A stretch of 64,000 bases of DNA, from assembly GCA_004212155.1 (NCBI GenBank), contig RXIG01000002.1, positions 24,820 through 88,819 on the forward strand. Reading direction: 5' to 3'. Positions 37,701 through 48,457 of the stretch are shown here, in pieces. The DNA is from an archaeon. Lineage in GTDB: Archaea; Methanobacteriota_B; Thermococci; Methanofastidiosales; NM3. Numbering within the stretch: position 1 is the stretch's first letter; every line of letters starts with the position of its first letter. Under the pieces are notes generated by a model. That model was not told the origin of the DNA, made no database searches, and saw only the letters and a program-made list of their open reading frames with translations. The translations under genes and the position numbers were made by a program.

Positions 37701-40592
37701 ATGGCTGCACGAGTTCATAGTTGTGTGGCACGTATACCTAAGGACCTTCTCACATTGGAAGGGATCGAACGAATGCTTCATGCCCGTTGTCGCATCATGG
37801 GCAAAGGTACGTATCGTTGCACCCTGAAGGACTCTGATGGCGACATCATCTTTTACCTCTTTGACGAAAGGCGTGGCAAGGACCATTTTGACAGGAAAAG
37901 ATGCGAGCAAGATGGGTCAAGACATCATCTTATCGTCTTCTCACAGAGTGAGGACCGCATGACAATCGATGCGCGCATCGGGTCACACAACTACCACCGT
38001 GCCATCGATGCAGGGCATGGCACAGAACATGGTGTCGAATTGCTGCATGACGCATTGCGACACCCCAGCGATCTATGGGGGTGGCATAGCTTCCTTGAGC
38101 GCAGGGACGTCATCGCACTCCTTGCGTCACATTGTGAAAAGGGCATATCCGCACTGCAGGGAACGCTCAATACCGACGATGCCACTCGTTATGTGCTGCA
38201 GTTGCTGTTACTCGATCACCTTGTGCATCGTGGACACCTCTGTGGTAGAGGACCGTTCCAGGCGGTACCTGGACGCTCATCTCATGATGCCGTACCTTGG
38301 TCGGAACAGGTCGCTCGCCTTATAGGGCTCATGGCGTATCCACCTCATGAAGCAGAAGCGGAGATGGTGCCACCGCTTGGTCCCTCGATACTCCTTGGTG
38401 GAGCCGCCCCTTCTACGAACATCCCCGATCCGTTCTTCTACTCCGCTGGTGATTGGTCGTTTTTTCCTCTTCCCGTTTCTCGTGGAGAGCTTGATGTCCA
38501 TGTGATAGCTCACGTTGCAGAAGCCATATTGGATCAGGAAAGCCGCAAGACGTGCGGATGCTTCTTTACCCCACAACCGTTGGTGACCCATATGTGCTGG
38601 CGTACCATTGTCCCATGTGTCGTATCGATGGCAAACGGAGCCAGCGCAACATCGTACCACGGAGCGGACGAAGGGCTTCGCTCGGGCGATCCTGCCTGGC
38701 TCGATGCGTTCACACATGCTCTCCGTAACGTCCGTATCGTCGATCCTTCCTGCGGAAATGGCCATTTCCTCGTAGAGGCCCTGTCAACACTCGTTCGATT
38801 GCACGAAGCACTCGTCGACGTTCATCCTCAGGCAGCAAAGGATATAGACGCCCCCTGGCACTTCATCGAGCACTGCATCTGTGGCGTGGACATCTCTGCG
38901 ATGCTCGTTGACATGACGCGCCTCAGGCTGCGCATGAAGGCCTTATGCAGCACAGGTGAGTTAAGGGATGTAGGAGACCGCTGCCATGTGGGCAACGGTT
39001 TGCTCGGGACCATACGGCAAGATGAGGATGGAAGGACTTCCCCTTCGCATACCACCTACGCAGGGGATGGGAGCGTTCAAGGGAGCATGCCCCATGAATG
39101 GACAAAATGGCATGCAGACGTGTTTTCGAAGCGTGGTGGATTCGATGTCGTCATCGGCAATCCCCCTTATGGCAAGGTCAAGAATCTCGATCTCCCGCGT
39201 ACCGAGAAGCGTGCCATCTCACACATCTATCGAGAACGATTCCCAACACTAAAAGGCAACATAGAGTACTCACGTCTCTTCCTTGCGCTCTCCATCGAGC
39301 TTCTCAGGGAGGGAGGGCACTGTTCACTCGTCGTTCCCTCTATGGTGTGGGGCGATAGTGATACGCACGAGCTCCGCACACACTACGTGCGACATGTGCT
39401 CAGCGAGGTTTACCACTTCCCATATGAAACGACCCGTACCATCTTTGGCGGCGCCGTGCTCTTCGAGGTCTCGGTTTTCGTGGGCCGGCTGTGCTCGAAT
39501 AACATGGACGGCACAATAACATTTTTTCCTTCTATATCAGTGCCCGAGATCTTCTCAATGCGATCCATCATGGGCATCGATACGACCATTAACAACATAC
39601 TCTCCTCATCTCATCTCGCACGACTCCCCCTCCCGGTCGGGGGTCAAGGAGGCCACGACATACTTTCCTACATGTCATCGTTCCCACGGCTGTCCGAGAT
39701 GAATATGGAAATATTCGTTGGAAAGGTGGATGAGACACTAGACAGGGAGCATCTCTCAGCGGTACCAACTGAAGAGCTTCTCATCGCAGCAAATCATATC
39801 AAGGACTGGCATGTCGAGCTGGATGGTCTGGGATCGAAACGATGGGTGATACGGGGTGAAGACGTGCGTGCCAGACGGTTGCGCCACCCCATCGCAGGCG
39901 CGACGACAGTAGGTGAGCTCATGGACGGTTCCCCAAAGATCGTGGGACGGCAGATGGCCCATCGTGGCGAGAAGAAGAAGCTTCACTTCTCCCTTCACTA
40001 TGGCCATGAGCTCCTTACCAATGGTGTCAGGGTCATCGTGCTCCCCGATGCTTCAAGGGATGACTATGCCTTTCTTTTGGCAGTTCTCAACAGCTGCGTC
40101 GCAAATTGGGTCTTCTCTGCATACTCGCTCACATTCAACGTGAAGCCCTATGAGTTGCAGGACCTTCCGCTCCCTTTGCCTGAATCATATGAGAGAACGG
40201 TCATCAGGACACTCGTTGAACATGTTCTCCTTGCTTATGAACTGGAATGTGATAAGAAGATGCGCGACTTTTTCGTGTTGTTACTCGACGTGGTGATGAC
40301 CGAGCTCTTTTGCCTGCGTCGATTCGTCAGTGATGCGACATATGCGAATTATGGTAGCACCATCATCCCTCTCGTAGCGAACCACCTGGACCAGCTGCCC
40401 TTTGCAACCATTATGGAACGCTCTCGCTCTTACGGCGCCATACGAAGCATGACCAGGTCGAAGCTGGTGGAGACGCACGCGGCGATGTATGATGACATGG
40501 AACTGCGCAATGCCGTTTTGCGCGTACTCGCCCATCCGTGGGCAAAGATGTTTTTCCAACACCATGATCGCAGGGCGCGGCCCTTCCCATAA
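37701..40592 (+). CDS. Type IIG-like restriction-modification fusion / gamma-class N6-adenine DNA methyltransferase (Eco57I/MmeI-like architecture) with an unassigned N-terminal region
   Basis: 963 aa. Has GCFFTPQPLV (motif X), IVDPSCGNGHFLVEAL (motif I, 38742-38768), VVIGNPPYGKVK (motif IV, NPPY at 39159-39170) and LFLALSIELLREGGHCSLVVP. A C-terminal region of about 350 aa could be a target-recognition domain. Confidence 0.8.
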   Translation: MAARVHSCVARIPKDLLTLEGIERMLHARCRIMGKGTYRCTLKDSDGDIIFYLFDERRGKDHFDRKRCEQDGSRHHLIVFSQSEDRMTIDARIGSHNYHRAIDAGHGTEHGVELLHDALRHPSDLWGWHSFLERRDVIALLASHCEKGISALQGTLNTDDATRYVLQLLLLDHLVHRGHLCGRGPFQAVPGRSSHDAVPWSEQVARLIGLMAYPPHEAEAEMVPPLGPSILLGGAAPSTNIPDPFFYSAGDWSFFPLPVSRGELDVHVIAHVAEAILDQESRKTCGCFFTPQPLVTHMCWRTIVPCVVSMANGASATSYHGADEGLRSGDPAWLDAFTHALRNVRIVDPSCGNGHFLVEALSTLVRLHEALVDVHPQAAKDIDAPWHFIEHCICGVDISAMLVDMTRLRLRMKALCSTGELRDVGDRCHVGNGLLGTIRQDEDGRTSPSHTTYAGDGSVQGSMPHEWTKWHADVFSKRGGFDVVIGNPPYGKVKNLDLPRTEKRAISHIYRERFPTLKGNIEYSRLFLALSIELLREGGHCSLVVPSMVWGDSDTHELRTHYVRHVLSEVYHFPYETTRTIFGGAVLFEVSVFVGRLCSNNMDGTITFFPSISVPEIFSMRSIMGIDTTINNILSSSHLARLPLPVGGQGGHDILSYMSSFPRLSEMNMEIFVGKVDETLDREHLSAVPTEELLIAANHIKDWHVELDGLGSKRWVIRGEDVRARRLRHPIAGATTVGELMDGSPKIVGRQMAHRGEKKKLHFSLHYGHELLTNGVRVIVLPDASRDDYAFLLAVLNSCVANWVFSAYSLTFNVKPYELQDLPLPLPESYERTVIRTLVEHVLLAYELECDKKMRDFFVLLLDVVMTELFCLRRFVSDATYANYGSTIIPLVANHLDQLPFATIMERSRSYGAIRSMTRSKLVETHAAMYDDMELRNAVLRVLAHPWAKMFFQHHDRRARPFP

Positions 40593-40615
40593 CTATTATA
40601 AATCGTACGGCACGA

Positions 40616-41380
40616 GTGAGGGCAATGATCGAGCGAACGTTCATCCTCCTTGATGGCATCGGCGACAGAATGGAGCGCACCCTCTGGGACAGCGGCATTA
40701 CGACATGGGGCGACTTCATGGGTGCATCGTCGGTGCCGCGCATCTCTTCGCAGCGCAAGCTCCGCTACGACAAGGACCTGCTCAAGGCATCGGCGAATCT
40801 CTCTGTCAGAAACGGCGACTTCTTCGCTCACCGGCTCCCCGGCAACGAACACTGGCGCCTCTTCGAGACGTTCAGGGACGATGTCGTCTACCTCGACATC
40901 GAGACGACGGGTCATTTCGCAGGCAACGCGACGACGGTCGTGGGCCTCTACGACGGCGCGACGTTCAAGGCGTTCGTGCGCGGCAAGGACCTTACGCGCG
41001 AGGCGCTGGCATCGGCGCTTGACGGCAAGAAGATGGTCGTCACGTTCTTCGGCCGCGGATTTGACATCCCCGTGCTGCTGCATGAGTTTGACATCCCCGT
41101 GCCGCCGCTTCACTTCGACCTCTGCTTTGCGGCCAAGCGCCTCAACATGCATGGAGGGCTCAAGGTGATCGAGCGGGAACTTGGGATATGCCGTTCCGAC
41201 GACACGCAGGGCCTGTCAGGTGCCGACGCGGTGCGTTTGTGGTACCGCTACAAGCGGCACGAGGACGAGTCTGCGCTCTCAACGCTGCTCCAGTACAACA
41301 AGGAGGACGTTGTGAATCTGGAATATCTCGCTTCAAAAATATTCGAATCACTAAAAACCAAAGTAACAGGGAGTTTCTGA
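40616..41380 (+). CDS. RNase H-fold 3'-5' exonuclease-like protein (YprB/COG3359-like) with an N-terminal HhH-like motif
   Basis: 254 aa. LLDGIGDRMERTLWDSGITTWGDF is HhH-like. VVYLDIETTG (Exo I), VVTFFGRGFDIPVL (Exo II) and LLQYNKEDVVNL (Exo III, YxxxD). Confidence 0.65.
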   Translation: MRAMIERTFILLDGIGDRMERTLWDSGITTWGDFMGASSVPRISSQRKLRYDKDLLKASANLSVRNGDFFAHRLPGNEHWRLFETFRDDVVYLDIETTGHFAGNATTVVGLYDGATFKAFVRGKDLTREALASALDGKKMVVTFFGRGFDIPVLLHEFDIPVPPLHFDLCFAAKRLNMHGGLKVIERELGICRSDDTQGLSGADAVRLWYRYKRHEDESALSTLLQYNKEDVVNLEYLASKIFESLKTKVTGSF

Positions 41381-41491
41381 ATCGTACGACACATGAAACA
41401 TGTCCCACAAAAAAAGAGGCGCAACTTAGTTAACTATTTAAATTTGCACAAGCAAACATAATGTATTACATCTATTACATCGGTGATATGA

Positions 41492-42019
41492 TTGCCACGA
41501 TTGACAAATATAAAGAGTGCCGGTAAGGACATCAGCCGTTATGTTGGTTCCATGTACCGGAAGGAAAAGAAGGAGGAGAAAAAGATCGGCCTGCTCGTTG
41601 ATGGGCCCAACATCCTCCGAAGAGAGTTTGCCATTGATTTGGAGGACATCCGCAGGATCCTCGATGACCTTGGGGATATCCGTATCGCCAAGGTATTCCT
41701 AAATCAGTTTGCCTCCCAGGGCCTTATTGAGGCCATATCCAATCAGGGATTCGATGTCATCATCGTTACCGGCGACACCGACGTGCGCATCGGCGTCGAT
41801 GCGATGGAGGTCATCTTCATGGACAGCATCAACACAGTTGCGCTTGCAACGCGCGATGCCGACTTCCTCCCCATACTCATCAAGGCCAAGGAACACGGAA
41901 AGGAGACCATCGTCATCGGTGCCGACCCTGGGTTTTCCGTGGCATTGCAAAACGCCGCAGATTATGTTATCAAGATGGGTGGCGAAGAAGTGAAGCGTGA
42001 CGACGAGGTCTACTTGTAA
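41492..42019 (+). CDS. NYN/LabA-like (PIN-related) domain protein
   Basis: IGLLVDGPNILRREF...VIIVTGDTDVRIGVDAME...LATRDADFLPILIKAKEHGKETIVIG. TTG 41492 is preceded by GGTGAT; ATG 41552 is an alternative start. Confidence 0.7.
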   Translation: MPRLTNIKSAGKDISRYVGSMYRKEKKEEKKIGLLVDGPNILRREFAIDLEDIRRILDDLGDIRIAKVFLNQFASQGLIEAISNQGFDVIIVTGDTDVRIGVDAMEVIFMDSINTVALATRDADFLPILIKAKEHGKETIVIGADPGFSVALQNAADYVIKMGGEEVKRDDEVYL

Positions 42020-42033
42020 TCCCCTTTTCCCAT

Positions 42034-43929
<1,896 letters not shown>

Positions 43930-44010
43930 TCACCGTCAGAAGGTATGGTATTACCACTGAATCGTAGTTTAAAAATATTGCTATTCGTCAGGTTCGCGGA
44001 TAAAATTCCA

Positions 44011-45315
44011 TTATTCGTTCCAAACGTGTTCGCGCTTGTCGATGATGCGTTTGGCTTTGTGGGTCGCGCGCGGCAGCGTGTCCTCGTCGTAGACCACTAC
44101 CCGCGCGGAGACGCCGAGCGCAGCTTTGATGTCGTGTTGGATCTTTTGTTCGAGCAGGGCGAGATTGCCTTTGAATCTATCGACGTGTTCCGTTTCCACC
44201 GTAAGCGAATCAAGGTGATTTTCCCGTGTCACGACGAGCCGGTACTCGCCGGTAAGGTCCTCGTTCGAGCGAATGATCGATTCGATTGCAGAGGGCATCA
44301 CGTTGACGCCCTTGATGATGAGCATGTCGTCGACACGTCCGTGAATGCCTGTCAGCCGCAGGTGTGTCCTTCCGCACGAGCACCGGTCCGTCTCGTACGT
44401 GACGATGTCTCCCGTCCTGAATCGTATGAGGGGCCGTGCCTCCTTCCTGAGCGTCGTAAGGTACATCTCCCCCTTTTCGCCCTCTGCGACATGCTCGTTC
44501 GTTTCGGGATCGATCACCTCGAGGAGCATGTGGTCCTCCGCAAGGTGGAGGCCCTCCTTGGCAGTGCATTCACCCGCGCAGGCGCCGAAGATATCCGAGA
44601 TACCGTAATAGTCGTGCACGCTGGCGTTCCAGAGCGATTCGATGCGGCGTCTGGTCGTCTCGATCGACCCTCCCGGCTCACCTGCGACAAAGAGGCGTTT
44701 GATCGACGATGCGGCAGGGTCGAATCCCATCTTCTCCGCCGTCTCGCCGAGATACCACGCATACGAGGGCGTGGTCCAGATGACGGTAGGCTTGAACTGA
44801 TCGATGATCTTTATGAGACGTTCTGAGGGTATCGTGCCCGCATGGATGGAGAGCGCCCCGACCTTCTGGGCACCAAGCACACATGGTCCTCCCACAAAGA
44901 GTGAGAAGTTGAGCGCATGACAGTACCTGTCTGTGTTGCGAAGGCCCGAGGAATAGAAGAGGCGTGCCTCGTAATCGATCCATTCATCGAAGTCGCGCTG
45001 GGTGAACGGCGATGCTGTGGGCGCCCCCGTTGATCCAGATGATGCGGAGATGTAGACGACCTTCTCCTCCGGTACGCACAGCATCCTTCCAAGCGGTGGC
45101 ATGGCTTCCTGGTCCTTTCGGATGTCATCCTTGTCGCACACAGGGAGTCGCGCTATGTCCTGCATCGTGCGCACATCCCTGCACTCCTTGGGTATGTGGC
45201 GCGCATAATATGGGCTTTGTTTCACTGCATGGCGTACCGTTGCCCGCACCTTCTTGAGTTGGTAGTCCTCGAGTTCCTCGCGTGGCATCGTCTCTATAGG
45301 GTCCCAGTATGTCAT
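44011..45315 (-). CDS. Phenylacetate-CoA ligase / coenzyme F390 synthetase-family adenylate-forming enzyme
   Basis: MTYWDPIETMPREELEDYQLKKVRATV..., YISASSGSTGAPT (AMP-binding P-loop), YGISDIFG, FRTGD and IKGVNV. Confidence 0.8.
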   Translation of the reverse strand: MTYWDPIETMPREELEDYQLKKVRATVRHAVKQSPYYARHIPKECRDVRTMQDIARLPVCDKDDIRKDQEAMPPLGRMLCVPEEKVVYISASSGSTGAPTASPFTQRDFDEWIDYEARLFYSSGLRNTDRYCHALNFSLFVGGPCVLGAQKVGALSIHAGTIPSERLIKIIDQFKPTVIWTTPSYAWYLGETAEKMGFDPAASSIKRLFVAGEPGGSIETTRRRIESLWNASVHDYYGISDIFGACAGECTAKEGLHLAEDHMLLEVIDPETNEHVAEGEKGEMYLTTLRKEARPLIRFRTGDIVTYETDRCSCGRTHLRLTGIHGRVDDMLIIKGVNVMPSAIESIIRSNEDLTGEYRLVVTRENHLDSLTVETEHVDRFKGNLALLEQKIQHDIKAALGVSARVVVYDEDTLPRATHKAKRIIDKREHVWNE

Positions 45316-45498
45316 CTTGTGATTCACTCCCAGTAGCACAAAGAATTGAAGTAGTATTAATATAGTTTATTGTATAAAATATTCTTATTATACTTCTTTA
45401 TTTCCTATTGGTACTTAAGGCTCCTTCGCCGAATCAGATGGGGCGTATGGCATCGGGACCAACCAATAACCATATTAGCGCGCATGTAGAATAACCCC

Positions 45499-46140
45499 AT
45501 GCACGACATAGGGTGGCAGCTCGAACGAATAGCCGAGATGGTCGATGTACCACCGCGCCGAAGGGAGGATCCGTTTCGCGTGCTCATTACGACGATCCTC
45601 TCCCACCGCACGAGGGACGAGAACACTGAAAAGGCCGCTCAGATGCTCTTCGATGCATACCCTTCCCCCAGAGCGCTTAAAGATGCGCCCGTTGACGAGA
45701 TCGAACGCCTGATACATGCAACTGGATTCTACTCCGTGAAGGCCGAGCGCGTCAAGGAGGTTGCGCGCATCGTCGATGAGGAGCGAGATGGCGTTGTCCC
45801 TGACACGCGCGAGGGTCTCGAGGCGCTGCCTGGCGTGGGGCCGAAGACGGCCAACTGCGTCCTCGTCTATGCGTTTGAAAAGGAAGCCCTTCCTGTCGAT
45901 ACTCATGTGCACCGCATCGCCAACAGGATCGGATGGGTATCGACCTCGTCTGCGGAATCAACGGAGCGAGAGCTTGCGGCCGTCGTGCCCCGTAGATACT
46001 GGGGAATGCTCAACGAGACGCTTGTCTCGTTTGGAAAGCAGATATGCCGACCCATACGCCCACTGTGTGCGCTATGCACGATATCCTCCTCTTGCGACTA
46101 CTACAACGAGTCAGTTTCACAAATAAAGGAAAAACATTAA
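45499..46140 (+). CDS. nth: Endonuclease III (HhH-GPD DNA glycosylase, 4Fe-4S)
   Basis: LITTILSHRTRDE, LPGVGPKTANCVL, VDTHVHRIANRIG and CRPIRPLCALCTISSSC (C-x6-C-x2-C-x5-C). Confidence 0.9.
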   Translation: MHDIGWQLERIAEMVDVPPRRREDPFRVLITTILSHRTRDENTEKAAQMLFDAYPSPRALKDAPVDEIERLIHATGFYSVKAERVKEVARIVDEERDGVVPDTREGLEALPGVGPKTANCVLVYAFEKEALPVDTHVHRIANRIGWVSTSSAESTERELAAVVPRRYWGMLNETLVSFGKQICRPIRPLCALCTISSSCDYYNESVSQIKEKH

Positions 46141-46145
46141 GTCAA

Positions 46146-46508
46146 ATGTCTCTAGCAAAACCAATAGGCTTAAAAGTCTCGCATCACGTGTTTTCTATGG
46201 TGAGCAATGTGAGCGATCTTGAGTTGACCAAGGCAAGCAAGACGGACAAGATAGTAATATACAACAAGAAGGGCTCTATCGACGAGACCGCTTGTCTCTT
46301 TTGCGGAAAGAAGAAAAGCGACGGCGTATCCAAGATAGCTATCGACTACGGTGCGGGGGTCCTCTTTGCCCGCGTATGTCAGGAGGACCGGAGCAAGACG
46401 CTTGGCGAGTTCATCGCCGAGGCGGTATATGCAGCCTCCGAGGTCGAACTCGATCCTGAATCCAACATGCAGATCGACTTCATCATGCACCAGTACGAGG
46501 AAGAGTAG
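46146..46508 (+). CDS. Hypothetical small protein (120 aa)
   Basis: ATG lies 5 nt after the nth stop, on the same strand. No family recognised. Contains CLFCGKK. Confidence 0.4.
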   Translation: MSLAKPIGLKVSHHVFSMVSNVSDLELTKASKTDKIVIYNKKGSIDETACLFCGKKKSDGVSKIAIDYGAGVLFARVCQEDRSKTLGEFIAEAVYAASEVELDPESNMQIDFIMHQYEEE

Positions 46509-46518
46509 TCCTTCTCTT

Positions 46519-47082
46519 TTATTTATCATACAGTTCTGGAGAAAGGCGCGGCACCATCGCCATGAGGACGGCATGGCGCGTGAAGGCGGTACGGTCGATA
46601 TGCCCCTTTGAAAGCATGCCTATTGCGCCTTGTTCCCTTTTTATGTTTTCATTCCCGCTCAGTGTTGCGAAGATGTCCCCGATCTCGTGACCCTTCTCGA
46701 CCTCGCTCAGTACTGAAGGGGGATAGGCGAATCCTCCGCTATGTCCCACTGTCATCCATCCATCCGTGTCGAATATGATGCAGTACTGCACATCGAGGGA
46801 CACGCCGCGCACCGCATAGATGCCTGCCTCGATGCCGATGCCGTAAGTGGCACCTTCCACTGATTCGAGCGCATGGCAGGCACGATTGCGGGCACCGTCA
46901 AAGATCGTTTCCAAGCCAATGGGCTGGGGCGGCACGTTGGAATCGGCCTCGCATGCACGGACGGTGCACGAGATGCCACGCGCGTCGAAGATCTCACACA
47001 TGACTTGTGATACTGCCCCTACCTTCACGGGATTTCTCGATCCCACCGACACGGTCAAGTCACGTGCCTGTTGTGCGTTCAT
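46519..47082 (-). CDS. Non-canonical purine NTP phosphatase (YjjX/DUF84 inosine/xanthosine triphosphatase family)
   Basis: VSVGSRNPVKVGAVSQV...YGIGIEAGI...GGFAYPPSVL are family-typical segments. Confidence 0.7.
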   Translation of the reverse strand: MNAQQARDLTVSVGSRNPVKVGAVSQVMCEIFDARGISCTVRACEADSNVPPQPIGLETIFDGARNRACHALESVEGATYGIGIEAGIYAVRGVSLDVQYCIIFDTDGWMTVGHSGGFAYPPSVLSEVEKGHEIGDIFATLSGNENIKREQGAIGMLSKGHIDRTAFTRHAVLMAMVPRLSPELYDK

Positions 47083-47665
47083 CCCGCTTCACCTTCTCGA
47101 TCATGGCCCGTGCCGCATCGTTGGTGCCATCGATTTCAAGCGCGATCTCGGCAAAGGCGTGCGCCTCGGCGAGGTCCCCCTCGTCGTAGGCGATCTTGCT
47201 GCGGTAGACCCATGTCTCTGCATAATTGCCCATGATGGGCGAGTGCATGATCGTCTCGAGCACTTCCTTTGCTCGTTCCTTGTCGCCCATGTCGTAGAAT
47301 CCAATGGCGCTCTGGCTCATGATCCGTTCGTTGTGCGCAGCTTTTGTCATGGCGGTCTCGAACGCGTTCCGTGCCTCGTCGTAGCGCCCCTTGCGCACGA
47401 GCAAAGACCCTTTCATGGCCAGGAGCTCGTGATTCTTCTTATCGTAGCCGTACGCAAGCTCGTAGCATTCGATCGCCTCATCGTATTGTCCCAGTTTTGC
47501 CAAGAAGAAGCCCTTGTTCTGAAGAAATACGGGGTTCCCGGCACGCTCGCACAGAGCCTGGTCGACGAGATCGAGCGCCGTGGAATAGTCGCCGCGCTCG
47601 GCTGCCTTCATCGCTTCGCGATTGAGGCGTTCAGGGCGAAACATGAACTTATCGAACACTCCCAT
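47060..47665 (-). CDS. TPR-repeat protein
   Basis: Recurrent 34-residue A..Y...G.Y..A...F..AL..DP-type repeats (e.g. YDEAIECYELAYGYDKKNHELL). Start taken at MGVFDKF. Confidence 0.65.
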   Translation of the reverse strand: MGVFDKFMFRPERLNREAMKAAERGDYSTALDLVDQALCERAGNPVFLQNKGFFLAKLGQYDEAIECYELAYGYDKKNHELLAMKGSLLVRKGRYDEARNAFETAMTKAAHNERIMSQSAIGFYDMGDKERAKEVLETIMHSPIMGNYAETWVYRSKIAYDEGDLAEAHAFAEIALEIDGTNDAARAMIEKVKRDERTTGT

Positions 47666-47875
47666 GTTTGTTCCCTCGTGCCCACGCTTATTAATTTTTT
47701 CCGGTGTAGGGCTTTGCGCATGGCGCATTGCCCCATGCACGAATCTCCCGCATTAAACGGTTGATTATCAGTTATCCAAACCAGCAAAAATTTTTTTTCA
47801 TTGACTGCCCAGGGGCGCCCCATATCCCCTAGGTGGCCTCTTCTATTCATGCAGGGGCACATGATGTGGTGTTTG

Positions 47876-48457
47876 TTATACACGGCGCGCTACGAACGGA
47901 AGCTCTGAAAGGGGTGTGATGAATGGGGGAATGTCTATTGATAGCTGATCGGGCGAATGGGCGTCGCTTCCAAACGTTATCTGCACGCCTTGAGATTCCG
48001 CCTGCTCGTAGAGCCAGGCGGGACCCCCGTAGCTTGCGTTATATTCGATGGCGATGGTGTGTTCTGACATCATATCCAGAAGGTAGTCCCAATCGGAACA
48101 CAACACCCCGGGGGCGAACGGGTGGGCCAGGATGTCGATGCGTTCCCGCACCATGTTGCCGACGAGGTCGGCAAGGTCGTGTCCGCAGGTTGCGTGAGCA
48201 AGCGAGTAGTCCGCCTTCATATGGCGTGCGCCGGTGCGGGGGATCGTGCGTTCGATGCCGAAGTATGCGGCAATGCCTTCGAGCGGCTCGCATGCGGGGG
48301 TCGCATCGTGCATGACGAATCCGGCCGTCGCGATGCCGAGCTCGAGCAGCGTCACGTAATAATCAGAAGGCGAGAATCGGACGGGCGAGTGCGTGTCTAG
48401 GTGTATGTGTAGATCATAGATTCTTCCACGTGAATTGCTGTTTGGCATATGCGTCAC
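47876..48457 (-). CDS. PHP-domain metal-dependent phosphoesterase
   Basis: IYDLHIHLDTHS, ILAHPF and FGSDAHSPDQL are PHP His/Asp motifs. Confidence 0.6.
   Translation of the reverse strand: MTHMPNSNSRGRIYDLHIHLDTHSPVRFSPSDYYVTLLELGIATAGFVMHDATPACEPLEGIAAYFGIERTIPRTGARHMKADYSLAHATCGHDLADLVGNMVRERIDILAHPFAPGVLCSDWDYLLDMMSEHTIAIEYNASYGGPAWLYEQAESQGVQITFGSDAHSPDQLSIDIPPFITPLSELPFVARRV

Noticed and set aside
40600-41390. 9-mer AATCGTACG occurring just before and just after the exonuclease gene.
   Set aside because: Thousands of repeated 9-mers are expected by chance in 64 kb. There is no extended flanking similarity.
37663-42019. Integrated element at tRNA-Val.
   Set aside because: No integrase is present. 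No direct repeat of the tRNA 3' end was found downstream by eye. It is kept only as a weak accessory-island hypothesis, not annotated as a mobile element.
47787-47820. A5T8 run and GGGGCGCCCC palindrome downstream of the PHP gene.
   Set aside because: These are plausibly just an oligo-T terminator with a chance palindrome. Nothing further supports a distinct element.
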